Source of the DNA: Thermoplasmatales archaeon
GTDB taxonomy: Archaea; Thermoplasmatota; E2; DHVEG-1
Assembly (NCBI GenBank): GCA_023128855.1
Contig: JAGMDE010000001.1
Location: forward strand, 1-34,115
Reading direction: 5' to 3'
Length of the DNA: 34,115 nucleotides
Shown here: piece after piece, positions 25,840 through 33,904 of the stretch
Layout of the letters: each line of letters opens with the position of its first letter
Numbering within the stretch: the stretch's first letter is position 1
Translations under genes and position numbers: made by a program
The notes under the pieces: generated by a model
Told to the model about the DNA's origin: nothing
The model's input: the letters and a program-made list of their open reading frames with translations, nothing else
Database searches by the model: none

Positions 25840-26589
25840 TTATTTTTTAAGTTGAGAAGCTTTTTCATTTTTTTCAGCTTGTTCTCTTAATTTTTTAAAA
25901 TCAATTGGCTGGTCAAAATCGGCCAATATCACTGTTTTTCCTTTTAGAAAATCAAGATTAACCTGCATTCTTTTTTTCCTTATGGTGTCTTTTCCAAATA
26001 TATCTAATGATGATGCTTTGTCGTACATCATCTGCAACTGTTTTTGATATTCGGGCATTATATCTATATCAAAATATCCTTTTCCCAATCCAAGATCAAT
26101 GAATAGACAGTCAATTTGATGAATTATTTGTTCTTTTTCTTTCTTACCAAACTGTTTTTTATAAAAAAAGGCTCTATCCAAATAAGTTAAAGATTTCCAA
26201 ATCGCAAAGGAATGATGATTTACATAGTCTTGAATTATAAATTTATCAGGTTTTTCTAATGTTCGCATGTTAAAAAATTTATTTCGTAAGTTAAGTCTCC
26301 AGTCCTCAATGTTACCTATGTTTTCATAAACTGAGGTAATTCCCAATCTTTTAATCATTTTTTGTGTGTTTTTTGTAAGCTTTACTATTTTCTTGCTTAG
26401 ATATTCTGACTTGATTGATAATGCCCATGTAAAGAATCCAATACCTATAGTAATAAACAGCATTCCTTCATTTACACGTCTTAAATAAAAGAAAAAAAAT
26501 AAACCATCCAATACCAGAAATAAACCCCAAATCCCAGGAACTTTTGCCTCTACCCCCAACATAATATTTAATTTTCTCCTTAAACGCAT
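25840..26589 (-). CDS. membrane protein (2 N-terminal TM helices plus a cytoplasmic domain), unknown function
   Basis: ORF track. I trimmed the start to the ATG at 26589; the track uses a TTG at 26601. TM helices: GIWGLFLVLDGLFFFFYL and MLFITIGIGFFTWAL. Confidence 0.65.
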   Translation of the reverse strand: MRLRRKLNIMLGVEAKVPGIWGLFLVLDGLFFFFYLRRVNEGMLFITIGIGFFTWALSIKSEYLSKKIVKLTKNTQKMIKRLGITSVYENIGNIEDWRLNLRNKFFNMRTLEKPDKFIIQDYVNHHSFAIWKSLTYLDRAFFYKKQFGKKEKEQIIHQIDCLFIDLGLGKGYFDIDIMPEYQKQLQMMYDKASSLDIFGKDTIRKKRMQVNLDFLKGKTVILADFDQPIDFKKLREQAEKNEKASQLKK

Positions 26590-26701
26590 ATAATAAATCA
26601 AATATTATAATGGAATTAATATTTATAATGTTAATCCCACTTTTAGCATATGATCATATGAAATTTCTTTAAAAAACCAATACTTTAGATGCAAAACTCA
26701 A

Positions 26702-26794
26702 TCAGAATAAATATTCAAGTTCTTTTCCACAATATGGGCATGTTTTATCACGAGGTGAAACAACACGCTTGCATCTAGGACAGCTTTTCATCAT
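26702..26794 (-). CDS. possible zinc-ribbon micro-protein (30 aa)
   Basis: Own translation: MMKSCPRCKRVVSPRDKTCPYCGKELEYLF (CPxC...CPxCG). GAGGGAGA lies just upstream. Confidence 0.3.
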   Translation of the reverse strand: MMKSCPRCKRVVSPRDKTCPYCGKELEYLF

Positions 26795-26908
26795 TGTCTC
26801 CCTCAAATCTACAGCTTCAATAACAGTTGTTTCTTTAAAAAACCAACCATTGGGCGAGACAAAAAATATAAGTTATATTGAATGTTTTGTGTTATTAGAG
26901 AGGAAAAT

Positions 26909-27022
26909 ATGGAAGGAAAAACATTAACGGTAATTGGATTGAGTGTATTGCTTGTCTTATCCGTATTTTCTGGATGTGTTGACAATGACTTCTTCTGGAA
27001 GAATGCGACTAACGATGATTAG
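26909..27022 (+). CDS. lipoprotein signal-peptide stub (37 aa), possibly a truncated gene remnant
   Basis: Own translation: MEGKTLTVIGLSVLLVLSVFSGCVDNDFFWKNATNDD. AGAGAGGAAAA SD. It overlaps the 3' end of the convergent gene 26957..28141 by 66 nt. Confidence 0.3.
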   Translation: MEGKTLTVIGLSVLLVLSVFSGCVDNDFFWKNATNDD

Positions 27023-28141
27023 CTGATGTAAATGCCATATCCACTCATATACTCTAAGAAAAACCACTCTAATTTTATGATAAAGCGGCACAATTATTGA
27101 GTGGGGTTCGAGAATTTCACCAGTTGCAGGGATTTTAAAGTTAACAGGAAGAGGACGCTCTCCATTGTTTCTATTTTCCGCATCGATAATCTCAATTCTA
27201 CAAAAAGGGCCTATTCTGTCGTCATGTGCATAAAACTCTTTTATTCTCAACCCTTTTAATGGATAATAAAAATCAGCTTTTGGAATCGTCTCTGTCTTGT
27301 TACAAATTTTATCTTCTATTCTGTATCCAGAAACCGTTATTGAGTGTAAACCGACTCCTACAACATCAACGTTTAATATTATAGGAATGCCCATTTTCAG
27401 ATATGAATATATGAAGCTTACAATAGGTAAAGGATTTGTTTTTGGTGCATATTTAATATTCCTTACATGGGGCTCCAATCCAACTTCATGAATTGCCTGG
27501 CACATCTGCATAATATTTAAACCGCCACTAGGGATTGGTCTTGAGCCGAACCAGTATTGTGTGGCAAATTTTGTTATTTCAATCGGAGTGGGGGACAAAC
27601 ATTGATCGAATATCTCTGACGTTTTGTGGAATGCAGACCAAAGTGCGCTTGTTGCACAAGCTGCCGCTACTGTATCCTGTTCTTGAAATGCAAGACTGTT
27701 TATTGAAAGAGGGATGCCGTATAGGTTAACATCGTATTTTCTATTGCAACAATATTGCCTTTTGTCACCATCAAGAAGATAGGTTTTTAATGCTGTTCTG
27801 CCAAAAATCGCTTCTGGCAATGGTTTAACAACGAGGAATCCTAAATAATTTTCTTGAAGGGTTGTTGTACTGATTTTTGTCTCCTTTCCACACAGAAGCG
27901 ATATAAATTCCTTTTTTTCAAAAGCAATATCCTTGAAGAAGTGAAGTCTTCTGCAAAATCTATCATAATCTGTCGAACATCGAACGTAATAATTTGAGAA
28001 ATCTATTAAAAAGTCTCTGTCGACATATTTGCGTTCGGCCAAAATCAATTTACAATTTATCTTATCAAGATAATCATGCATATATTTAAAGTGGGCGTCA
28101 GGATAGTTTTCATTTGGAGTTACTTTCCATTCAAAAATCAA
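26957..28141 (-). CDS. predicted papain-fold-like cysteine peptidase (tentative), 394 aa
   Basis: A long ORF with non-repetitive composition. Candidate nucleophile context FQEQDTVAAACATSALWSAF (Q-x6-C), downstream VGVGLHSITVSGY (His) and YAHDDRIG (Asp). The track start is a TTG with no SD; the first in-frame ATG is codon 21. The functional call is weak. Confidence 0.55.
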   Translation of the reverse strand: MIFEWKVTPNENYPDAHFKYMHDYLDKINCKLILAERKYVDRDFLIDFSNYYVRCSTDYDRFCRRLHFFKDIAFEKKEFISLLCGKETKISTTTLQENYLGFLVVKPLPEAIFGRTALKTYLLDGDKRQYCCNRKYDVNLYGIPLSINSLAFQEQDTVAAACATSALWSAFHKTSEIFDQCLSPTPIEITKFATQYWFGSRPIPSGGLNIMQMCQAIHEVGLEPHVRNIKYAPKTNPLPIVSFIYSYLKMGIPIILNVDVVGVGLHSITVSGYRIEDKICNKTETIPKADFYYPLKGLRIKEFYAHDDRIGPFCRIEIIDAENRNNGERPLPVNFKIPATGEILEPHSIIVPLYHKIRVVFLRVYEWIWHLHQLIIVSRILPEEVIVNTSRKYG

Positions 28142-28303
28142 GTTATTGTCTAGCTTAAGAGCGGTTTTGAAATTTTCCTCTGAAAAAGGAAAAATTACAA
28201 ATGGATTAATCTCAGCATTACCAAAATCTGGAATGGTTACTCCTCCTTAGCCAATGAAGAATTATTATACAGTAATTATTTGACGAAGCGTATTTTCGTC
28301 GAC

Positions 28304-29122
28304 ATGAAGAGAATCGTCTATGCTTTTTCTAACGATTCGTTTTGGTATTCAAAAAAAGTAGCTTTTTGGATAAGTTATCATGGTTTATTTATGGATTTTT
28401 TTAAAAGATTTATAGTGAAACACCCTTTGTGGCACAAATTTTTCCTGCCAGATTCATATTGGTATCCATTAGAGGATGCATTGTCAGGTTTACTATTTGG
28501 TGGAATATGTTCAGCACAGGCAAATCTACAAGTAGCTCTTTTTAGAGCGAGGGGAATACCTGCCAGAATATTAATTGCATCAACTCTGCACTTTGGAAAA
28601 GAAAAATGGATGGATTCGCAACATTATATTGTCGAATTCTATTCGATAAAAAACGGATGGATAAAAACTCAAGCCGGACGTATTCCAACCTTGGAAGAAA
28701 GAAACATAATTCTCAGAATTGTTGATACTGAAGAGGAAGAAATTGCAGGCAATGGACTTAGTAAATATGGTGGTATGCCAAGATGGTTTTGGTTTAGCAA
28801 TGAAAACGTTATTTTCTATGTCACAAAACAATATATGGATTTTAAACTTCCAAAAACAAAAAAGATAGGTTTTCCACTAATAAAAGCAGGAATTGAAGAA
28901 CAAATTGAAATACCTTCAGAAAAAGCGAATAAAATTATTAAAATAGCCAAAGAGAATTGGAATCTTTTTCTAAATGCTAATGGTGAGAGTAAACCAGATG
29001 ATGAAACAAAATTTAAACAAGTATCATCTTTACAAATGAAAGCTTTAGAAATGTTAATAAACTATAAATTTGAAGATTTTGTAAGAACAATGAATGATAT
29101 TAAAAAATGTTTGTCTTGTTGA
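28304..29122 (+). CDS. transglutaminase-like superfamily cysteine protease/acyltransferase
   Basis: Core motif GGICSAQANLQVALFRARGIPARILI (Cys), followed by QHYIVEFY (His). I trimmed the start to the ATG at 28304; the track uses a TTG at 28280. Confidence 0.75.
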   Translation: MKRIVYAFSNDSFWYSKKVAFWISYHGLFMDFFKRFIVKHPLWHKFFLPDSYWYPLEDALSGLLFGGICSAQANLQVALFRARGIPARILIASTLHFGKEKWMDSQHYIVEFYSIKNGWIKTQAGRIPTLEERNIILRIVDTEEEEIAGNGLSKYGGMPRWFWFSNENVIFYVTKQYMDFKLPKTKKIGFPLIKAGIEEQIEIPSEKANKIIKIAKENWNLFLNANGESKPDDETKFKQVSSLQMKALEMLINYKFEDFVRTMNDIKKCLSC

Positions 29123-29146
29123 TTATGATTTTATAAATCAAATATT

Positions 29147-29173
29147 GGCATATTTTTACCATATGCCTTTTTT
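29147..29173 (+). terminator. hairpin plus T-tract after the transglutaminase-like gene
   Basis: GGCATAT (29147-29153), loop ttttacc, ATATGCC (29161-29167), then TTTTTT (29168-29173). Confidence 0.5.
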
Positions 29174-29257
29174 AATGCGATGGCATTTCTTGTGTTTCCA
29201 GTTAAAGATGAATAAATAATGAAATATTTTTTATCTGTTTTTACAACCTAAAACTAT

Positions 29258-29282
29258 GCCTGTGTCGGGATTCGAACACAAT
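29258..29282 (-). other. tRNA T-arm/acceptor-like fragment (not an intact tRNA)
   Basis: The minus strand reads TTGTGTTCGAATCCCGACACAGGC. It lies 3 nt from a partial boundary core, ACAACCTAAAACT (29243-29255). Confidence 0.5.
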
Positions 29283-29310
29283 TTTACTAATAAATAGGAG
29301 CAGGGACCAT

Positions 29311-29536
29311 ATTTTACAAAAAGTTATGTTTTCTCCTGTTAAAATAATAAAAAAACGCTGAGGAGGAGATATTAGCGTGTATTTACCGGTAAAAAAATAA
29401 TGTTTTCTCCTGTTAGCAACTTTTTACAAAATTATACCAAAGATATTCTAGGTTGTGGTCAGATATACCTTTTTTCTAAATAAAATATAAAAAAATCCCG
29501 AGGCGGGCTCACCTTGCAAAAGTTAAGAGCCCGGCC
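29311..29536. repeat. composite repeat locus B: X module (29311-29469) plus GC-rich Y hairpin (29497-29536)
   Basis: X aligns along almost its full length with 33013-33174 (attttacaaaaagttatgttttctcctgt...cgctgaggaggagatatta..gtatttaccggtaaaaaaataatgttttctcctgt...). Y is cccgaggcgggctcaccttgcaaaagttaagagcccggcc, compared with 32969-33012. Confidence 0.75.
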
Positions 29537-29571
29537 TTATTTTCTCCTTAATAATTTATTTATTATCAAAG

Positions 29572-29598
29572 TTAATAGTTCATATGGTAAACTATTTA
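29572..29598. promoter_or_regulatory. inverted repeat, candidate MarR operator overlapping a TATA-like box
   Basis: AATAGTT (29574-29580), 9 nt, AACTATT (29590-29596). It extends to TTAATAGTT/AACTATTTA with one mismatch. It lies ~30 nt upstream of the marR-like ATG at 29625. Confidence 0.4.
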
Positions 29599-29624
29599 TA
29601 CATGCAACTGTTTTCGGGCGTCTT

Positions 29625-30065
29625 ATGGTATCTTATGTAAAAGAATTAATGGAAATATTTCAAACATTGCCACAAGATTTGAAAAAATTTGCACCTGACA
29701 GAACTAATGTTGGGAATAAGTTTGGTATTACAGGTGTTCAACTAATGACTCTGCATTTTGTTAAACATAATGATAATTGTAAAACTAGTGATATTGCAAA
29801 TTTCCTTTCAGTTTCTCCTCCAGACACAACAAGAATTGTAGAAACATTGGTAAAAAAAGGATTTGTTGAACGGATTAATGATGAGAAAGATCGCAGAATT
29901 ATACGGCTTAGAATAACAGGAGAGGGAAAAAAAGTTTTTGAGAACATAAGAAAAGAGTTAGCTTTATCTTTTTCAAAAATTTTGGAGAAAATTAACGAGC
30001 AAGATGCTAAAGCATTATTGAGAGGAATGAAAGCTTTATCTAATGCTTTAAAAGAACTGGATTAA
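29625..30065 (+). CDS. MarR-family transcriptional regulator
   Basis: 146 aa from the ATG at 29625. Winged-helix region LMTLHFVKHNDNCKTSDIANFLSVSPPDTTRIVETLVKKGFVERINDEKDRRIIRLRITGEGKKV. The track's TTG start at 29514 would read through the Y hairpin repeat. Confidence 0.85.
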   Translation: MVSYVKELMEIFQTLPQDLKKFAPDRTNVGNKFGITGVQLMTLHFVKHNDNCKTSDIANFLSVSPPDTTRIVETLVKKGFVERINDEKDRRIIRLRITGEGKKVFENIRKELALSFSKILEKINEQDAKALLRGMKALSNALKELD

Positions 30066-30100
30066 AAAAAAATTATAAATTATAACTAAGAGGCAAAAAT

Positions 30101-32863
30101 ATGATAATGGATCGATTTGGAAAAAAAGTCTCAAAATATCCAAAGGCAACAATTGCAATAGTTGTAGTAATAACTATGATTGCTATGATTTCTATGCAAA
30201 TATTTGGTAGTGAACAAGAGTTTTCAGAAGAATCATTTATGCCGGATATGGAAATTTCCCAAGCTTCTGATGCAATATCTGCAGATTTTACAACTACTGC
30301 TAGTGTTTCAATTCTTGTAAAATCAAGAAGTAATGATGTTTTAACTTCTAATAATCTTGTTGAAATGCTTCAAATTGAGAATGCTATCATTACCAATCCA
30401 GATATTATATCTGCTCTGAATATTCCTGAAATGCCGTCTGTTAATGTAATTTCTGTTGCAGATATAATTGCTCAAATGGCTTTGCTCCAGCAAGACATTA
30501 TTAATCCAACGATGGAACAGAAAATTTTTGCGATTCAAAGTATGAATGATAATCAAATAAAACTACTCATTAACGGCATATTAAGCTCAGATGAAACACC
30601 GATTGAAGTTAAAGGCATGTTTTCAATGATGCTAACAAAAGATTTTAATCTAGCTGATGACGAAGCAAAAGCAAAGGGTACAATGATTATAATTAGTCTA
30701 AATCCCTCGATAGTTGGAGGAAGCACCGGTATGTATTCATCAGGAGAATCCGGGCTTTCAAAAATAGAAAAAAGAATGGATGAAATCGTCAAGAACACTG
30801 AACTTGAGTTCACAGAGATGACTGTGATGGGATCAAGCATAATTATGGATGAGATAATGGATGCTGCCACTGAATCAATGGCAATATTATTACCGCTTGC
30901 TTTTACGTTGGTAATTATTATTTTAGCAATAATCTATAGAAGTGGAATAGATATGCTTTTCAGCCTTCTTGCATTAGTTTTTTCAATAATTTGGGTTTAT
31001 GGTTTTGGTTCTGCAATGGGTTATTCTTTTAATCCTATGACTACAGCTGTTCCTATTCTAATTGTTGGACTCGGAATTGACTATGGTATTCATATTACTA
31101 TGAGATATCGTGAAGAGATGAAGAGTAGTAAAAAGATTAACCAAGCAATAATTATTACTATTGCATCCGTGGGTATGGCATTACTGCTAGCTACAGTTAC
31201 AACTGTAGTATCGTTTCTTTCAAATTTAGCATCTCCAATAAGTACTATAGCAGAATTCGGGGTCTTATGTGCAGTTGGAATAATTGGTAGTTTTGTTACT
31301 ATGACTACATTTGTTCCAGCTTGTAAACAACTTAGAGATAATAGACGATTGAAAAAAGGTAAATTTGCAGAGATTGAATCTAGGAACAATAATTCAAATA
31401 ACAGAAAATCGAAGATAAAAAGTGCTGGTGTAGCGGTTCTTGATAAAACAATGGGTAGTGGTGCAGTTGCTGCTGAGCACCATCCAATTCCTGTTGTTAT
31501 TATTGTATCTTTAATTACAATAGGTGCTGTTTTTACAGCAATACAATTAGAAACAACTTTTAATTTTGAAGATTTTTTACCAGATGATTTGGATATATCA
31601 AAAGATCTAGATTATATGATGAATGAGTTTGGAATGAGTGGTGGGGGCGATGAAAAAGTCAATATTTTAGTAAAGGGTGATATCACTGACCCAGATATAT
31701 TGCGAGATATGGATGAAACGATAAATAACATGAAGGATGATAAATCAGTAATTAAAAACGCAGATGAACCAGATGTTCAATCAATATTGTCGGTTATGAA
31801 AGATTGGGCGACAAATACGACTCTTTATGGAATTCAAGATACAAGTTACGACCCAGAATTTGAAACTATATATTATAGTATTATGACAAGTGATGGTATA
31901 CCAAATCAAGATGCTACAAAAGAAGATATTGCTAATTTGTATAATTGGCTATATTCAAATCCACTATCTATAACGGCAGTTCAATATGTTTTACATCAAA
32001 CAGAGAACAACGATTATGATAGCACAGTTTTACGAATCTCTGTTAATGTAGATTCAAATGATAATGAAGCAATTGAAACACTTCACAATGATTTAAAAGA
32101 AGATAAAAAACCATTAGATAGTAGCGCAGATATTGCTATAGCTACGAGTGGCTCAATTTTAACAAAAGTTATCATGGATTCCTTAAACGAAAGTCAAATC
32201 CGCTCATTGATTATCACGATTATTTTATCTTTTATTGTTCTGACTATTGTATTTTGGTATAAATGGCGATCATTAATCCTTGGAATAATTACAATGACAC
32301 CTGTAATATTTTGTGTTGCATGGACCCTTGGAACAATGTATTTAGTAAACATCCCACTTAATATGATGACGATAACAATCGCATCTTTAACTATCGGTCT
32401 AGGAATCACATATGGGATACATATTACTCATAGGTTCCTTGAGGATCTTGAAAATAATAATTTAAAAAATAATCTTCTAATTCAAAAGAAAGTTCAATGC
32501 CCGAACTGTGGTAAAATTATAAGTGTTTCTGGTAAACCTGGGGAGGTTGTAAAAGTTACATGTCCATCATGTGCTACATTGGGAAAAGTCACATATAAAA
32601 AACCAACATCAACCACAGCATATATTGATGATGCATGTCGAAGTACAGTTACTCATACAGGCACTGCATTATTTGGAGCTGCTGCCACAACTATTTCTGG
32701 CTTTGGGTTACTTGTGTTTGCTACGATGCCACCCTTACAACAATTTGGAGGTATAACCGCGTTGACTATCTTATACAGCTTCTTAGCATCAGTGTTCATC
32801 CTTCCAACATTTCTAGTAGTATGGGCAAAATGGAAACAAAAAAATAATCGTATTAATTTTTAG
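30101..32863 (+). CDS. MMPL/RND-superfamily membrane transporter with an inserted zinc ribbon
   Basis: Two homologous halves, each with a large extracytoplasmic loop and a TM bundle. Paired motifs GLGIDYGIHITMRYREE and GLGITYGIHITHRFLED. A CPNCG...CPSC element (32498-32572) occurs only in the second half. Confidence 0.9.
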   Translation: MIMDRFGKKVSKYPKATIAIVVVITMIAMISMQIFGSEQEFSEESFMPDMEISQASDAISADFTTTASVSILVKSRSNDVLTSNNLVEMLQIENAIITNPDIISALNIPEMPSVNVISVADIIAQMALLQQDIINPTMEQKIFAIQSMNDNQIKLLINGILSSDETPIEVKGMFSMMLTKDFNLADDEAKAKGTMIIISLNPSIVGGSTGMYSSGESGLSKIEKRMDEIVKNTELEFTEMTVMGSSIIMDEIMDAATESMAILLPLAFTLVIIILAIIYRSGIDMLFSLLALVFSIIWVYGFGSAMGYSFNPMTTAVPILIVGLGIDYGIHITMRYREEMKSSKKINQAIIITIASVGMALLLATVTTVVSFLSNLASPISTIAEFGVLCAVGIIGSFVTMTTFVPACKQLRDNRRLKKGKFAEIESRNNNSNNRKSKIKSAGVAVLDKTMGSGAVAAEHHPIPVVIIVSLITIGAVFTAIQLETTFNFEDFLPDDLDISKDLDYMMNEFGMSGGGDEKVNILVKGDITDPDILRDMDETINNMKDDKSVIKNADEPDVQSILSVMKDWATNTTLYGIQDTSYDPEFETIYYSIMTSDGIPNQDATKEDIANLYNWLYSNPLSITAVQYVLHQTENNDYDSTVLRISVNVDSNDNEAIETLHNDLKEDKKPLDSSADIAIATSGSILTKVIMDSLNESQIRSLIITIILSFIVLTIVFWYKWRSLILGIITMTPVIFCVAWTLGTMYLVNIPLNMMTITIASLTIGLGITYGIHITHRFLEDLENNNLKNNLLIQKKVQCPNCGKIISVSGKPGEVVKVTCPSCATLGKVTYKKPTSTTAYIDDACRSTVTHTGTALFGAAATTISGFGLLVFATMPPLQQFGGITALTILYSFLASVFILPTFLVVWAKWKQKNNRINF

Positions 32864-32865
32864 CA

Positions 32866-32891
32866 CGCCTTTATCAGGATTCGAACCTAAG
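32866..32891 (-). other. tRNA T-arm/acceptor-like fragment (best-preserved of the three; not an intact tRNA)
   Basis: The minus strand reads CTTAGGTTCGAATCCTGATAAAGGCG. The T-stem TTAGG/CCTGA pairs, with one G-U. The required 5' acceptor strand GCCTTTA is absent ~48 nt upstream. Confidence 0.5.
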
Positions 32892-32968
32892 TTATTGCTT
32901 TCAAAGGTTGTTTAACCAATACTAGGTCGTTTCTCTCCTTAAAAACAAACTGTGCTAATTATTAACAA

Positions 32969-33174
32969 GGGGCCCGAGGCGGGCTTACCTTGCAAAAGTT
33001 AAAAGCCCGGCCATTTTTTACAAAAAGTTATGTTTTCTCCTGTAAAACAATAGTAAAATTACGCTGAGGGGGAGATATTAACCTGTATTTACCGGTAAAA
33101 AAATAATGTTTTCTCCTGTAAACTTGAATTGTAAAATTATAGCAGAGATATCCTGAGCTTTGGGAAGTGATACC
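32969..33174. repeat. composite repeat locus C: Y hairpin (32969-33012) directly followed by the X module (33013-33174)
   Basis: Same modules as locus B but in Y-X order. A degenerate X tail (tttctctccttaaaaacaaactgtgctaattat) precedes Y, suggesting tandem (Y-X)n ancestry. Confidence 0.75.
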
Positions 33175-33570
33175 TTACCATTTCATTTTCAATTTCTTTC
33201 GTTCAGCTCTTTCACTTTCTAATTCTGAAACTAGAGCATATAGTTGTTTCGTGATACTCTTAGATATATAAAATTTGTCTCTTTGTAGGCAATCTTTATC
33301 AAATACAGCATGTTTCTTATCCTTATCATAAATAATAGGATATAATTTACATCCGTCAGGTCTATTTTCATAAATCGTGCACATTATGCTACTATGAAAA
33401 ACACACCGTCCATCTTGATTTTTTAATTGCAACCATCCATCTCTTCCAGTAACAAAAAAATTAGTGTCAAACCCTAGTCGTTTTATTCGTTCTATATCTT
33501 GATATGATACGATCATGCTTGTATCTAAACAACATTGAATGCATTTATAATCTATGCAACAACTTTTCAT
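33175..33570 (-). CDS. YkgJ-family (UPF0153, CxxCxxCC) cysteine-cluster protein
   Basis: N-terminal CCIDYKCIQCC and the C-terminal signature GRCVFHSSIMCTIYENRPDGCKLYP. Confidence 0.8.
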   Translation of the reverse strand: MKSCCIDYKCIQCCLDTSMIVSYQDIERIKRLGFDTNFFVTGRDGWLQLKNQDGRCVFHSSIMCTIYENRPDGCKLYPIIYDKDKKHAVFDKDCLQRDKFYISKSITKQLYALVSELESERAERKKLKMKW

Positions 33571-33665
33571 ATTATCAATTTTCTACAATGTTTTCTAATT
33601 AAATATAATTATTGCGTTATATCTTTTTTCCACCTTTAAATTTATAAGTTTTTTAAAACGTAGCT

Positions 33666-33863
33666 TTATTTTGCTATTTCTTTTATTTTTATTGCTTTAA
33701 TTCCATTAACTGTTTTTTCTACGATGTATTCTACAGGGTCACCTGCATGAAGTAATGTTAAAAACGAAATGTCCTTTTCATAAACCATTACATTTTCACC
33801 ATTTTGCCCTTCAATTAAACCTTGCTTCTCTTTATCACTGTACCAATTAACAATTCCTTTCAT
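33666..33863 (-). CDS. cold-shock-domain-like small OB-fold protein
   Basis: MKGIVNWYSDKEKQGLIEGQNGENVMVYEKDI...GDPVEYIVEKTVNGIKAIKI follows the CspA spacing (G.V.W(F/Y)...K..G.I...G..V.V....I...G..V.(F/Y)......G..A..I). The RNP1 and RNP2 motifs are degenerate. Confidence 0.55.
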   Translation of the reverse strand: MKGIVNWYSDKEKQGLIEGQNGENVMVYEKDISFLTLLHAGDPVEYIVEKTVNGIKAIKIKEIAK

Positions 33864-33904
33864 TTAATTTCACCAATTTTAATTTTTTTTACAAAAAATA
33901 GACA

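Noticed and set aside
29329-29548. Regularly spaced short repeats (ATGTTTTCTCCTGT and relatives at ~70-140 nt spacing, also at 32928-33122) that look superficially CRISPR-like.
   Set aside because: The repeat unit is only ~14 nt. There are only 3 copies per locus with irregular spacing. The 'spacers' are themselves conserved between loci B and C. No cas genes are present. A composite repeat family explains them better.
29514-29624. TTG-initiated N-terminal extension of the MarR ORF (track start 29514).
   Set aside because: The extension would translate the GC-rich Y hairpin repeat and the inverted-repeat operator region. The ATG at 29625 gives a canonical ~146-aa MarR.
32866-32945. Possible intact, split or permuted tRNA genes at the three GGATTCGAAC sites (11258-11283, 29258-29282, 32866-32891).
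   Set aside because: I could only build a T-arm plus 3' acceptor strand. The complementary 5' acceptor strand is absent at the expected distance (for example, GCCTTTA for the 32.9-kb copy). No D-arm or 7-nt anticodon loop could be folded. Two of the three T-stems carry a mismatch. I treat them as fragments, pending tRNAscan-type analysis.
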